A stretch of 64,000 bases of DNA from Nageia nagi (GCA_050084985.1 JBITNC010000001.1:28086001-28150000), one strand, 5' to 3'. Counted from the first letter of the stretch, positions 13,190 through 27,988 are shown. The notes: generated from the sequence alone by a model not told the origin. Numbers and translations: made by a program.

Positions 13190-16100
13190 CTTACTTGTGT
13201 GGTATCTCTCTTTGGAATCAGTTTGAGTGGAATGTTTAGAGATGGTAACCGTTAACCAACATATTTATATGGAGTTTGTTCGTAATATTTGTGTATAAAA
13301 TTAAAGATCGCATTTAGTTTTTGAAAGTATAAAGGCAATAATGTAAAATAAGAGACTACACTTTTGAGACAATGTTAGGATTCCACATCCTAACATTCTA
13401 GTGTTAGTATTAGTATTTTATTAAATGGTCGGCCTATATTGTAAACCATAATATTGTGATTGTAAGGGTGGGGCCCAATTTTGCATTACTATTAAGGTTA
13501 AGGTTAGTTTAATATAAATAGATGGTAGTGTGTGGAGAAAGGTATCTTGAACATTATTTTTCGCCTTTGGAGTTGTAAGGAGGTAGCCCCCTCGAAGCGG
13601 CCTTTGATTCTGTTACTATTCAATAAAATCCTATCTTTATCTGCTATTTGATGCAATATTGTGTTCTATTTACTAGTGCATGCTATGTTAATTCCAATAG
13701 ATAGTTGTCAATTTTCCTGTTTCAAATCAATATTCGTTTCATTTTTGCAATATTTCCCTTTTTCATAATTGTAGCATTGTAACAAACAAAAATGAAAACT
13801 CGATCAGATACCAAATTATCACCACGACAAAGCATTGTCTAATACTTCATCCTTTTCAGATTAGTTAAGGTAATTTTATCCAATTCATCCAACTTTGCAA
13901 ACAAACAACTATTGTCCAAGTTGTTCCAATGAGGAGTAAGAAGTACGGCTGATTGGGAACAATCAAATGGACATGCTGGAAGAAGATGGGAAGAACTAGA
14001 GTTTGAATGAAGTTCCTAGTTTTATGTCATAAAATAGGAAACAGATTCATAATACCTTATCTAACATGCGTATTATGGATTAAGCAACTACCCAAGACAA
14101 GTTGCAAACTAACAAAGATAATCCTCAAGGTTCAATTCACAACACCACAAATGGATAATCAAGCTCAATCTTTGCCTTAAAAACTTTGTATATAGCTTAT
14201 AAAAGAGCTATGCATAATTACATCAATTCGCTCCTCTTTTACAAAAGTTTCACTTTTCTCACAAAATGAGCTTCGACTCAAATGAGACCCCATAGGATCT
14301 ATTTATAGACTTTTTTGAGATTATTCCAAAAAATCTAAAATTCTAATAAAATGCTAATTTGAATGCTAAATTGAGATTACAACTTTGTTTAGTGGGAGAA
14401 AAACACTCATTCCACTAAATATGTTTTAAAATAAACTATTTACAAATATCGGCCTTTTGCAAAGGATCTCGACGCTTTTTGGACCAATTTGGCAAAATTT
14501 GGATCTTCAAATCATCATTCTGGATTCATTTGTGAGTCTTTTGAGCTCCTCCTTTCTTTCAATCTAGATTTGCCCTTCATGTGATCATTCTGGCAAATTT
14601 TTAATCAATTCTAAGAAGATGTTTCGAAACAATAGATTTTTTGGTCTATTTTCTCTGAAAATGGAGGGGGGTTGATTTTGGAAAAATTTTAAGATGTGAT
14701 TCTGAGGCCATGGATGGGTGACGGATAAATCAACAAGGTATTTGCCAAGTTTTGAGACGATTTGAGGTTCCTAGGTGTTGGATTTCCTCATTTTCTTCAT
14801 GAGGGGGAATTTGGGAGGCACCATAAGAATTTTACATCACTTTGCAAAATGAGAAAAAATAGAAAGCTTAGAAAACATGCACCTAAGTGGGAGAGGTAGC
14901 AATTTTGGCTTTTTTGGATTTTCCTTTGGCCTAGATGGTAGAATTTGCAATGTGCTCATGCTCATGTTTTAAATTTCAATTTTGAAAAATGCCATTTTGC
15001 ATGCTAGATAAGGTTTTTGGGTGTTTTTGCATACTAGGCAAGGGAAAATATAGAAAACCAGCACCTACCTTGGAGGGGGGGCATTTTGGAAAGTCTCAAG
15101 AGCAAATTTGCTTAGTTTTGGATGCTCTACAATACCCATGTTTTAGTTTCTTGATTTGCCAACTTGAAAATTTGAGAAATTTCACTTGCACAAGCATGCT
15201 ACGCAAGGATTTTTCTTTTTTCTATGTTTTCAATGCCTAGAGATATGTTCCATGGTTTGAAGGGGCTATACTTGTCCAATTCGAGTGTTTCAAAGACCAA
15301 TTTGTGTAGAATTCAATTACTAATATCATCATGCTTGAAAATTGCCATTTTCACAAATTTTAGACCTCCTTTTGGCTAGGCATGGGTTTTCCCCTTTTTT
15401 CTCTTGCTTGAGAAAATACAGGAAACTTATAAAACCAATGCCTACCTCCCCTTTGCTCAATTTTGCACTTTTTTCAAAATTTTCAAGGGCCATATGCTTG
15501 AATTTACCTCCCATTGATGCTCATGTCTTCAAATTGCAAATCTAAATTTTCAGAATTTTTGATACATTCCTCCCCTAGCGTTGATTTACTATGTTTTCTC
15601 TTGCTTGAAGGACTAGGGAAGTATTCCCATGATTTGGAGGTGTTACGCTTGCCCAATTTGAGTGCTTCAAAGACCAATTTCATTGTAGAATTCAATTGTC
15701 CAACTTCTTATGCTTGAAATTTATTATTTTGACAAAAATTTTACCTCATTCTAGCTAGGCGTGGGTTTTCCATTTTGTTTCTTGCTTCACAAAATATAGA
15801 AAACCTACGCCTACCTCCCCTTTAATCAATTATGCACTTTTTTCAAAAGTTTCAAGGCCAAATGCATTGTTTTTCCATGATATTCATAATCATGCCTTCA
15901 AAATGTGCTTTTGATTTTTGGTCAAAATGACCCTATTCACACTTGGTGGGATAAATGGTTCAAGGTTTTTCACAAGAGAAAAGATGGAAAACATGTGCCT
16001 AGCCTTCATTACTCATTTTTTATTCTTTTTTCAAAATTTCAAAGGCCAAATGAATTGTTTTTCCATGGTGCTCATGATCATCCCTTCAAAGTCATTTTTC

Positions 16101-17218
16101 AAAATTTTCATTTTTTGTCAAAAATGACTATTCCTTTGTATTCTTGGTGCGGTAAAGCTAGAAGACATGCGCCTAGCTTTTAGGAAGGGGAAACTTGCTC
16201 AAAAAGGAAAATTGCAAGTTTAAAAGTGTTTGCATTGGGATTCCTCAACCTTGGATTTTTTATTTTCTCAAGTTTTTGACAAAAAATGTCAAAATTTATA
16301 CTTGATTGCTAAGGAAAACTTAGAAAGCATGTGCCTAGGGTGAGGTTTTGGTCTAACTAGGTTGCTTCCTTGAGTAAAAATGCATGATTTTGCAAGCTCT
16401 ACAATACCCATATCTAATGATCTTGATCAACATTTTGACTTTTTCCAAGTACCTAGGCATGCTAGGCGCACATTTTCCTTTTTGAGGAGAAAATATAGAA
16501 AATCGGCCCCTAGGTTGAAGAGGAGCCATTTTGGTGCAATTTGGTTGAAGTAGGCATGCTTGGACGAAATCGAATAAATATCAAGTCTAAACTTTGTTCA
16601 TTTTTCGAGATCCTCTTGAGGGTATTCTCACATTTTGCATTTAGACTTGTATGAAAACTCTTATTTTTCCCATGTAAGCACCATTTCATTCCTCTTGAAG
16701 GCATTACAACCAGAAATTCTTCATTTGGTCCCCTAGGGAGCATCTTCAATTGGGTTTGAGAAGTTCCAAGCCCAAAAGTGCCTTACTTTGAATTGCCTAT
16801 GATCTCATGCTATCGAGCCTTGAATTTACCCTAAAATCCCATCTCATATACTCATTAATTGCATCTCATCATCTTTTGACCATTTCTAGAAGCAAAGGTA
16901 CTTGATTTCCGATTTTACACTTGGCTAACATTCAAAACTATGTTCACTATTTTAGAAATGAAGCGCCTTTCTTGGAAGTTAGAAGTCTTGAAAGCTCCAA
17001 CATGAATAGTCTAGCACATTGAATTGTCTCACGACATCCCATGAAGAGCATTTATACACCATCTTTAGTAGTATCAGTTGTTTCAGAACTCTCATGATCA
17101 ATCCTCTATCATCCAAGTCGCCTCCCTTCATCGTCTTGCTCAAATAATGGGTCTGCAAATTTGCAAAAATAGGGTCCCCAAAATTTTGTATTTTGGGGTG
17201 TATTGTGCGGGCATCATA
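13190..17218 (-). mobile_element. Giant-LTR family member lacking the U3 gene (internally deleted solo LTR)
   Basis: 13200-14330 is colinear with 53600-54440 (e.g. atccaattcatccaac.ttgcaa.caaacaac; tatttatag box at about 14300). Has CTAGGC/GCCTAG motif arrays like 58800-59175, and the family terminus at 17171-17218. Left end approximate. Confidence 0.7.
13373..13784 (+). mobile_element. Small solo LTR (412 bp) nested in the giant LTR
   Basis: TGTTAG...TAACA termini, flanks GACAA/AACAA (5-bp TSD, 1 mismatch), TATATAAATA at about 13513 and AATAAA at about 13622. It interrupts the homology with 53600-54000. Confidence 0.75.
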
Positions 17219-17424
17219 CTAACAAACATGTCACACAACCACAACAACAAAATTTTGAAACTGGAAGAAATCATAATCGGCATTCCCAAAACACATGTTG
17301 GAAAAGAGACAATGCACAACCCATTGTTGCTAAACAAATAGCCATCAAACCAAAGATTTGTATATGACATTCTTAGTAGAATTATAGTAGCAACCTACAT
17401 AGAATAAGAGAAGCATGGAGACTA

Positions 17425-18610
17425 TGTAATATTTCGAACTAGGGCGGATCAAGAATCGTGCCAAAGGGGTACTTCTAGGATGGCTAGAACGTATCTTCAT
17501 TTGGCCAACAACCGTTCATGCATAAACAAGCCCTATCCAAGCTCTCCAAGAAGTAGACGTCTAGCCTCCAAGGGCTAAACTGGTAGTCCACAATCCAACA
17601 TTGGGGTCCTGAGTAACCCAACCTCTCACCTCTAGTGCACAAACTCAATAACAAGCATTCAAATACCAACGTCTAGCTTAAAGAGAAAGAATTCATCCAC
17701 GAATAGGCAATAGTGCTTAAGTAAACTCAACATCTAGGAAAAGATAGCAGAATAATAAACTATAACATGCACAATTCCAACGTCTAGCCTATTAGGGCAA
17801 AACTTCGAAAGATAACACAATAATTGAGCCGAGAAATGTAATTTAATAATATTCCAATGATAATCAAATTACATGCCTTGTTTTAGAGCAAATGATGCCC
17901 TAGATGAAGATCTTCAAGAATGTAGCTGAGAGCAATGAAATAGCACCAAGGCTATCCCACACATGGGCAAGGCTTGAACCAAGTCTTCCTCCTCTGCAAG
18001 TTGTGGCCAAGACACTAACGTCTCTAGCAATGTTAAGGTAATCAAGGGTAATTACAACACCCCTAGATAGCTAGCAAAGCCTTTAAGGTGCGCTATGTCT
18101 CAAAGTAACAATCCATACATCCTCGATGCCACACCTCCCTCCAGGAGTCTCTTGTGCCTAAGGATGAGTTTTGTCCCCTTATGATCCTCATGCTCTACCC
18201 CTAAGTGTCACATTAGGCCTAGGAAAGAGCATAATTACATCTAGAGGCATTAAAGTGCCTCAGGATGCAAAATTACATTCATCGAGGCTAGAAATATGCT
18301 TTAAAGAGACTAATATTGCATTTACAAATAATAATTGTCTTGGTAGTTTAATTACAATATTGGCCCATGCAATTAATACATTAAAATAACAAATAATGAC
18401 TCATAGAATCCTACACCCCATGTTGGAGAGCCTCCAAGTGAGTAATTAATTACAAAAAATCCCATACATATTGCCTAAATTACTCAAATATTCCCAAATT
18501 GTCCTAAAACTATGAAAATAATCATAAAATGCTAAAGAGAACCATGAGGGTGCACGTCCCACTTCTTGGTGTTGGAGTGAGTGAGACATCCTAAATTTGG
18601 GAATATTATA
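17425..18610 (-). mobile_element. Probable solo LTR (about 1.2 kb)
   Basis: Inverted termini tgtaatattt...gaatattata. The last 310 bp are homologous to 59235..59569. TSD poor (gacta/gacag). Confidence 0.65.
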
Positions 18611-20109
18611 GACAGCAACAAGAGAATGACGCTCCCCCAATAAGATGGAGATAGATCAATCCAATTAGAGAATCTATAGTACACGAAACAAAGAATTTGT
18701 TTGACTCTCTAATTGATTCAGATTTGAATAAAACCCTAGATCAAAAGAGAAAGAAAACATTCAATCACAAACAACTCCAAAGAACCACCAACAACTTACA
18801 CCTATACCCAATCCTACATCTTCACCCTCCAACTCCCCATTCCACACTCCCCTCAAACTCTACTAAATTGGGAAACACTTCAAATCCCAAAAATTCAAAA
18901 GAGCTGTCGAAACCCATTTAAACCACAAGAAGCATGGGTAAGATTGTAGATGTATGAAGGGGCCCATTCGAAAGACCACCGAAACATGAGGTGAGGCATT
19001 GGGAAACAACTAAGCAAAGAACAGATGGAATTTAAAGCATCTTAGATCAAAGCAAGGGTTCTCCTAACCCCACAATCCATAAAATGATTTCCACAACATT
19101 GGAAAAAGGAGGATCAACTGTCCTCCTTAAACAAAGGGAGAAAAATGGTCATTTTCAAACATCTTTTTGAAACATCAAATCTTCCTATCAAACAAAATGC
19201 TCGTCAAACCCTTGAAGAAGGTACCAACTCACCTAGATGTCCACACCACCCTATAAGCTCATTACACATTATCATATCCACATGCCACAACTCATTATGT
19301 GAAATTAACACAACACATGGCCAACACAAAATCATAATTCCCTCTTTCATGTATGGGTGTTGTCAACACAAATTGAAAAATGTTATGATGTCATCGAAGG
19401 TGAACTCACCAATATTTCTATGCAAATAGTCAACTCAAGCATTCATAAAATCCTTTCCTCTAAAGCTCAACAAACATACTCAACAACCTACAACATGGAG
19501 TTCAATTCCCCCAATGAATACGAAAATGACATCAAACTCTAAATGAAGCTCAAAATGGGAGGACTCTCAAATTTCATAGAAAGATGATTGCATTCACTTC
19601 TACTTCTAGTTGCACGAAACATGATGATTGAGCATCCTTCTGCGTTTTACACAACGGAAATGGCTATGAACAGAAAATACAGTCCTTTGTACCTCTGCAA
19701 TGTTTTTTTCATTTTATTCTCGTTTCGACACAGTTGTGAGTTGTGTTTCACGGTAATTTCAACTTGTTCAAAGGTCTTCATATGAAATCTTTATGCTCTC
19801 TTAGCAACAATCCTCTCCTTGTGAGCATTATGATGTCCACCCAATGCCTGAGAGCTATAAAATTACCAAGAGCAAAACAAACATGGATAAATGCAAGCCT
19901 TGGTGATCCTCCTTGGACAAAACGTGAGCTTCCACCAACTATTCTTGTGAGCATTCTTGAATCACGATCTTTCATTTGTTCATCGATTGAGCAAGCAAAC
20001 CAAATGATGCTTGCAAATGAGAAAGAAGGGGAAAATCCAGGTTTATATAAAGTGGAGGGAAGTTTGGTTTACCTGTGGCATGTTTGCATGAGCAATGGGC
20101 CAAGCTGAT

Positions 20110-21800
20110 AATCCACGAATACATTGATGGATCGAGGAGTGAGTCATTTTTGATCATATAATGGAAAGCTACAAGAAAAAAAGTCGCAAAAAAAGGGTAA
20201 AATAAAAGAGAAGTGGTAGGGAAGATGGAAAACGGCCAATGGCATATGAGTTCAGCTCTTTGCATCAACCTCCACCAACAAGTAGAGTGTCTAAGAGTCA
20301 AGTTCCTCCGGGTTTCTTGTGAGTTCCACGCACCCACACATCCTTTCATTCCAACCAGACTACACGAAGGGTCTAGAAGAAGGATTCATCCACTTGCGAT
20401 AGCCAACCACACTAATGGTCTACCAAGAGCATGCATCTTAAGGGGGCAAGGATGACACGTTTAATGTGGATGAAGTTCACATGCTAAAAGTCATAGAAGA
20501 ACCCACTTTCAAAGTTATACAAGTCTAGTTGCATACTATGAACAATCATCAATTATGCATTACATTCAACACTTCAAAGGATATTCAACTACTCTTTCAC
20601 CCGCCCCTCAAAAGGTTTGTGAAATGTTCCAAGTATCTAAGCAACACACACATCAATGATTAACATAACATGTTGAAGTTCATAGCACCGTAAGAATGGA
20701 GTTGCGCAATTTTCAATCACAAAGGTCATGCCACATCCAAAAAAGACAATTGCGAAATAGGAAGAAGTATTCTACTTGTCTAGTTGCAAAATGTTCATGA
20801 TTTCATTCTCAAAATTTTTCTTTCCACAAATGAGCCTCTAGGGCTATTTATAGTTTTCAAGGCAACCCTAAGTGTTGCCCTAACCCTAATAATATAAAAT
20901 TATTAAAATTCGAATGGTACAATCAAAACTGTGCCACAAGGCACCGCCAGATTAAGTCCACCACTTGTGGGCACAAATCCTCATTCATCACAAGGCTTTA
21001 ACAAGAATATATAAAATTTGAGGTCCAAAATACTAATTCATGCGAAAATAAAATAATATTAAACATATTGCATCCAAGATGCAATGACTTCCATCAACTG
21101 GCATTCACAGGTCCATCAGTTGGTCCTGTTCCACCCTAAGCATCCATCTTCAAATCATCTTTTCCTGTTGGTTCCAAGCATACTTGCTCCCGATTGGTCT
21201 CCCCTTCTTGCGAACATCGTAGCTTGAGTATGGTCTCCACCTCAGGACCTGTCTCCTTTTGGCTGGTGATGTCTCTAACTCGCTCAGCCCCAGTGGTCTT
21301 AACCTCGCCGATCTCGATCTTCACAATCTGAGCCTCTATGTCGTACGACTTCTTTAGATCCTTGTTCAGGAAGACCCTGGTGACAAATAGTGTGTTGTTG
21401 ACCTTGAAGTCGAACCGAATTACATGATGAGTCTTCGTGGACTCATCCTTCACCTTTTGATTGGGGTCTTCATGTAGTGCCCTAATCATGGCAATGAAGT
21501 CAAAGGTGAGTTTTGTCTTTAATGAGGCCTCATCAACAGACATGCCCCCCTTTGGCTTGACCATTTCCCCTCATGTCTCACAATTTCTCTCTACCATAGG
21601 TTGTGGGATGCTGCTTTGGGTGTCTTAGTAGGCAGAGGTGGAGAATTCCCTCGCTTGTCTTCCGAAGGGATTTCCAAGGGCCTTAGTTTTAGTGCTCAGG
21701 TGGGTTCACAAAAAGAGACCACAATTGGAATGCAAGAATGAAGGCTAGTTTGCCCTCTTCTTATAGATATTTCTAGGTTTTTTCTAGGGCAACACCTTCA
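20110..21800 (-). mobile_element. Degenerate LTR fragment(s) related to the giant-LTR family
   Basis: Shared TATA-region signature gggctatttatag...gtgttgccctaa at about 20841-20883, with an ORF remnant (21136..21564) ending about 280 bp upstream of it. Boundaries approximate. Confidence 0.45.
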
Positions 21801-21821
21801 AGTGTCAGGGGAAATGTGCCT

Positions 21822-23830
21822 TCAAAGATGGGGCACAACTTTTAAAGCATTCTGGCACACATCTCGAGGTCGACTAGCTCCTATGAAGCTAGCGCAGTTG
21901 TTCCAAGCATCAAGAGGGATGTCTTGGTCCGGACTTACGCTAAGACGAGGAGATACAGCGCTAGCACATGTGTGAGGGGAGACAAGCATGTTATCTCCTG
22001 CTGCACTTCTGCCCGAGATGAGGTGTGAGTCCAACACAAGGGTAGAAGAAGTCATGATGTTTGTCTTCCTCCTAATTTGCGTCGAGAGGGAGGATGCTCT
22101 ATCCTTAGCCAATTTCGTCTTAATTTGCCCAAAATACTCCCATGACGCTACTGGAAAGTTGGTGCAGATCCAATAGAAGTCACCATCTCCATCTTGAAGT
22201 GCATTTGCGCTGGAAAAGGGGCATACAGGCTTGGCACAAGTCTTATGGGCTCATTTTATTCCTTGGTTCCTTCCTTGCCTTGATCGTGCAAATGGGTAGA
22301 TTCTTGGCGCGTAGCTATTGGCTGGGAAGATGAAGAGGACGCATCTGCTCATCGTGCATATGTGTATTTGATTTGCGGAGTTGCTTGGGGCGATGGGGTA
22401 TTGATCTAGTCTCATCGTGTGCTTTCGTGGAATGGATCTGGCATCAATTGGTCAAAGGTACTATGGGCACATGAACTGCATTGACTTCATTGGTGGTGCC
22501 ATTATTTCCAATGGTAGGATTAGGAACTCCACCATTGTTTGCTCCCGTGTTCTAGCTTTTGTTACATCTCTGAAAACTAAAGACTCTAAGCTTGTCATTC
22601 TGGTAACTCGAACCTTGATTAGCCTTGTCTTGCTTCATCTGTGTCATGTCATTGCATAGCCTTTGTATCATCCTTTCTATGCTCGTAAGAGGAGGTTCTT
22701 TTGTTGTGGTGGACAATGTACTAGGAGAATGCTCCGAAGCAACATTGGGCAGGAAGGATGGTTAAGGGGCAAAATTGAGCTCATTTGACACAGGGGGTAA
22801 AGTTGGGATACTAGAAATTAATAACGCATTGGTGGGGTAAAAAGCATTGATTTGTTGCAATTGGGGATAATAATAGGAAGTAGGAAGATTGGATGAAGTA
22901 TTCATAGCTAGGGTAGACAGACCGTTTAGATGTTGGGGTGTAGAGACCCCACCGCTCTATGGACTGGGAATGAGAGGTTGTGGCGAGAATTGTTGTTCAA
23001 CTTTAATTGCCTCCTCATAAGCTTGACCCAATGTCGAGATTGTTACTTCTCTATGCACAACAGCAAAGATCAGTGGATCTAGTGCCACGAAATAAACTTG
23101 GAGTGCTATGGTCTGGTCAACATTGCCAGGAGCGAGTAGTCTAGAATAGGCCTTTTGAAACCTGACATTGAACATTTTGATAGACTCTCCCAAATACTGC
23201 TTAATGGCAGCAAATTGATGATAAAGCACTAATGGATCAATTGGTATTCTGAACTAACTGATAAATGTTGCATGCAATTGATCCCAACATGGGATAGATT
23301 CATGTGCCAAGTTGATGTACCAATCAAGAGCTTGACCTTCAAGGGCCATCAAGAAGAGTCGGCACGCCACATCCTTGTGATTGACATTCAATTTAGCCAT
23401 AGCTTCTTTATACAAATTAGTATGCTCTCTGACTGTTTTGGTCCCATCGCCACTGAATATAAAGATAATATGACTTGCATTCTTAGGAATGGGGTGTTGT
23501 TGTCCTAGTACATTAATGGGTGTTCTTTGTCACCAAGCCAAAACAGGTTGTGCCATCGATCTTGGTTGGGCAAGGATTTGAAACGTAGAAGAACTCGATG
23601 CACCAAGGATTATTCGGACTATTTGGGAAGGAGTAGGAGTGGATGACTGAAAGTCCCAAATTATTGGAGTCCGAACCCTCTGTTTGTGGAAGGATAGTAC
23701 TACCAGATGCCAATCCAGCAAGGCATGTCATTCGTTTGTGCAAAACCTTGAGGTATGGAGCCAGCCAACCTAGCGGCTCTTTTGGTTTTGAACACTTGAG
23801 TTGGATTAAACACGTCCGAACCAAATAGAT
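21822..23830 (-). pseudogene. Ty3/Gypsy (Tat-like) gag and probable protease remnant
   Basis: CRLFLMALEGQALDWYINLAHESIPCWDQL and LYHQFAAIKQYLGESIKMFNVRFQKAYSRL (retrotransposon gag); degenerate protease-like segment about 21950-22130. Lies downstream of the PBS at 23911. Confidence 0.8.
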
Positions 23831-23910
23831 TCGAACTAGGCAAGAAGGGTTCCAGTTTGCTTATAATAAAAGAAGAGACAGAAAGAATTGTAAGAAAATA
23901 AGAGTAGGCA

Positions 23911-23925
23911 CCCCTTCTAGCACTA
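23911..23925 (-). promoter_or_regulatory. Degenerate PBS complementary to tRNA-Asn
   Basis: TAGTGCTAGAAGGGG versus expected TGGCGCTAGAAGGAG (12/15), located between the LTR terminus and gag. Confidence 0.65.
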
Positions 23926-25235
23926 ATTTTTTTATGGTGTTGACGTGATTTTGTTTCCTCCCCGTTGGAAACAACGTCGTAAGGAGTGAGGTAGTGTTAT
24001 TTAAACTCCACTTGAAAGGACTTTAACCCCGAGGTTTATGCATCTTCGAAGCTCAAAGGGGCCTTCCAATGACTTTTAACAGATTCCCTACCAGTTGGTG
24101 TTCTTTTGTTGCGAAAGTGGCTCAGGTAAGAATGTGCTCAAGGTGGTTAACTCACAAAGTATTACGGACCTATTGGGTTTTCTTTTCAATCTTTTTGTGG
24201 CCTATGTGACAATACTTAATGAAAAAAATGATGGTGTCTAAGATGTAAGGATATGAAAGAGTAAGGTAAACTTGGTAGTTTACAGTGAAGTGAGTGATGA
24301 TTGTTTACCGTCGTACAGGGTTAGGGGCTTTGCTTTCATATTTATTAGGAAATTTTTATTGGGATTATCAAGTACGGGAGGAAACAACAAGGTACGAATC
24401 TTTACCAAGCAAGAACACGGGGCAGTACTCAGTATGGAAAGAAGGATATGAAGTAATGCATTAATCAGTTATCTATTCCAACAGATAAAGCCAATCAAAT
24501 ATCATAAAAGCAGAGTAATTCCAAAATATTACGACTATATTCAGATTGCAGAAACAATCATTCATCCATTTAAGAAAGATATTCAAACATCTTTCCCTAA
24601 AGTGCCAAACTTTCAAAGGAAATGCTCACAAATGTATAAATGATACAACAACATGCACTTCATGCCATATGCGCAACTACAATCCCATGAAAATAAACAA
24701 TCATACTTCCATTAATAACAGAGTTCCTAAAGTGATTAATCATACATACATACATGCAATGGAAACTTCAACTGCCAAAATATGCTCCTCAAAAGATTTG
24801 CATTCAGCTCATAAAACCAATTACAAAGTCTCTATGCTCGTATCCTTCATTTGTTTATTTAGCTCTATCCATCTATTAATCTCCGTATCTCTATCTCAAA
24901 AATAACCCAGTCAAGGGTACTTATAGTATGCATTTGACAACTTCATTAAATGAAGAGTCACCCTAACATTAATTATAGAGTTGCCCTAAACAACTATGCA
25001 ACCCTAATACCATATCAGAAAGCGCAAAAAAAACCATCAACAAAAAGCAAAACTACATCCAAACAACACCGCCAAATGTCACATCAATATCTGATCACAC
25101 CCAATCAGATCAGATTTCATCCATATGTCAAATCAATAGTCCTTTTGCAACTGTGGGAGCAAAAACTCATCCGTCATAGTGCAGAATTCAAAATATAAAA
25201 GTTTAAGTAGAAAATAAAAATAGGCATTTATCCAA

Positions 25236-27965
25236 TCATCCCTCTGTGGGACTAGCGGCATGGGAAGCAACAAAGACATCCTCAAGAATCCCATGAGACT
25301 TGTCATCGAAGAAGGCTTTGGCCTTGGTGAGTCCTACAATGAGCACACCCGGCAACTCTTCATATTTTCTGTTGTGGAAGTCAAGGATAAACTGAGAGGC
25401 ACCCTCCATATGAAACTTCCAAACAGCCAAATTTTGTTGATTCTCAATGTGGGTTCCGGCTCTCAACAAGTATTCACATCTGTAAGAGCAACTAACCGAA
25501 ACGAGAGTTCATTAACTACCATCATTACTGCTTTGACCAAAGTCTCCATGGTGGAAGTTATACTGATGTTCAATGAGGTTTACACCTTGATATCTTCAAT
25601 GGTCATCTTGGCAGCTTCTATCTCTTTTACCTGCTTATTTTTTCAAGCCAAATCCTTCCTTAATTCCTTGACCGTGTTCTCCCTCTCCATCCCTTGTCTC
25701 ACCATCTCATCCACATTGTAATTAATGGTGTCTTTGCATCCAACCCACTCAATCTTCTTTACTTTGAACTCTTTGAACTCCTTGGTGTGGACCCGCACAT
25801 CCTACGAATCCTATGGTTGTTTCTTCTTGGGATAACGCCTGTTGATGATTATTTTATCACTTTTCATAGCCACCAAAGTATCTATTTCTTCGATCATGGA
25901 GTCTTCTAACATATTTTTCCTCCTTTGGCTTGATTCATCATCGTCACTCTTATAGCTCATCTAAAGGTCTTTGATAATTGCATCAATATCAAAGTTGTAT
26001 TCTTTTTGTGGTCCTAAGCTAGTTGCAATGTTGGCCAAAGTGGTGTCCATATTTGTTAGAGCGGACTCCCTAGGGATTTCTTCAATTCTCAATTGTTGGC
26101 TCTTTGCTTTAGCTAGTTTCTCCTTACTTTTTGATGACTTGTGACCGCCATGTTCTTGTTGCTTTCTTTTCTTTCTTTGCTCCTCACTTTCTCGCTCATC
26201 TTCCTCGTCTCCCCCATCTCCAGCTACAAAAGTTCTGCTCAACTTTGAAGATTTGCTAAGGGCCGTTTGAGAAGTCTCCTTCCTAGGGGACGACCTTCTC
26301 TTCCTTCGTGGAGTGGTAGATTCGGAGAAAGCAACTTCCTTCACTGATGTAGTTCTTGTGGGTAAAGCCTCGCCAATCTCCTCCGTCTCGGATTCTCCTT
26401 CTATGTCCACAATTTGAGTATCCTGCATATTAGATTGCGAGCTTTCGTCATCCTCATGTTCCTTTTAAGTCTCTCCTTCTAAACTTGATTCATGCGAACC
26501 AGAAGATTCAAAGGATGTCTCAAAATCGGAAGATGAGCTTGAAGGTTCAGGGTCTGCATGTTGGTTTGGAGTGGGAGCGTTTTCTTGGATTTCAACCTCA
26601 GTAGGCTTTTAGAATATGTCTGCTACGTGTTCCTCAGCGGGCGTCAAGAGGTTCGGGAGAGCCAAAAGATTCTCAGCCCGAACAAGTATAATAGGCATCA
26701 TTGCGACATCCTTCGGGGTGGCATCTTCAAGCTGCTAGAGCGGGAAATTTGGATATCACATTTCTTTCATGATGGCAACATCCTTGGTAATCTCCTTGAC
26801 CACTGTGTGAATTCTAGACTTAGCCCCGCCCAAAGTGGCATGCTCTCCTATTCGTCCCTGATGTTTCCTCACTCTCGAGGAGGAAGTGGACTTGTCAGTT
26901 GAGATTGCCCAAGGATCATTCAAGCTTTTGGATCCTTCTATCAATTCTTCCTTAGCTACTAAGATCTGATGAACCTCCTAAATCTGCTTCTCCTCCCTCT
27001 TGTTCCTATATTTCTCCTTGTCTCCAAGAGGTCGATGCTTATAGATTACAAGACTCCTAAATGCCCGTTTGGAGAAACACAGAATCCTTCCTTCAGGAGC
27101 ATAGTGGGAGGCTACCTCATCCTCACAAAAATGATAGTAGGACAATTCATTGTCCATCTCCTTAGCCTCATACCAAGTCAAGCAAGTGTATTCCACGATT
27201 AAAATGGGAAGATTGGTTGTAGCATTCTTCTTTTTCCATACATTTTCATATAAAAACAATAGCTGCCTGCAAAATCCCACAAGGATGAGGCGATTGTTGG
27301 CATACCGAGGCAAGAGATAAGGCCTGACATCAAATCCATACACCCGAATGTAGGTATGTGTGGGGTCTTCCAGAAAGTAGTCAACATGCCCTCAGATAGC
27401 CTCAACGGCTGATTCGGATATCCTCTTCACCATTTGTCTACCTTTGATTTCTTTGTAAATCTGAAACTCCCATTCGTCATTCCGCATGGCATAATAGTCC
27501 CATCTAGACTCTAGCCACCACTTGGGGTAGGTTCTCCATATAGCTTTCTCCGGATTGTTCAAGGTCTCAATGTCTACATGGGCTGATTTCCTGTTTTTAC
27601 CATGGAGAAGAAAAACTAGATAGGAATTCGTATAGAATTTCTTCGAGGAGCCAATATGGGCCAATTGGAACAAGAGGGAATCACTTATCACTTTACTCCA
27701 TCTAAATTAATTTTCGATTCCCGATCACAACAATGAACCCAGTAAACTCCCTTCAAAACTTTAAGTCATCCTCTTTGCCAATGACCCTAGACAACATGCT
27801 GATGATTGTGGACATTGTGGGCTAGAAGTGTTGCCTCTTTGCATTCAGCAACTTATTCCCCATAAATCCTTGGCTCTCATTCTTGAGCTAGTCTTTGATG
27901 AGATTTGCAACTTGCGAAGATTTATCATAGTATTCCAAGGAATCTCTCTCTATGTAAATGACCCC
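25236..27965 (-). pseudogene. LTR accessory gene, copy 1 (N-terminus lost at the nested insertion)
   Basis: FYTNSYLVFLLHGKNRKSA...TYIRVYGFDVRPYLLPRYANNRLILVGFCRQLLFLYENVWKKKNATTNLP, then an S/E/K-rich linker and a predicted coiled-coil tail. Confidence 0.8.
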
Positions 27966-27988
27966 CTCATTACGCTGACATCGCACAG

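Noticed and set aside
18650-20100. Possible additional highly decayed accessory-gene copy after a TATA-like box at about 20045
   Set aside because: None of the conserved peptide blocks could be recovered by hand translation.
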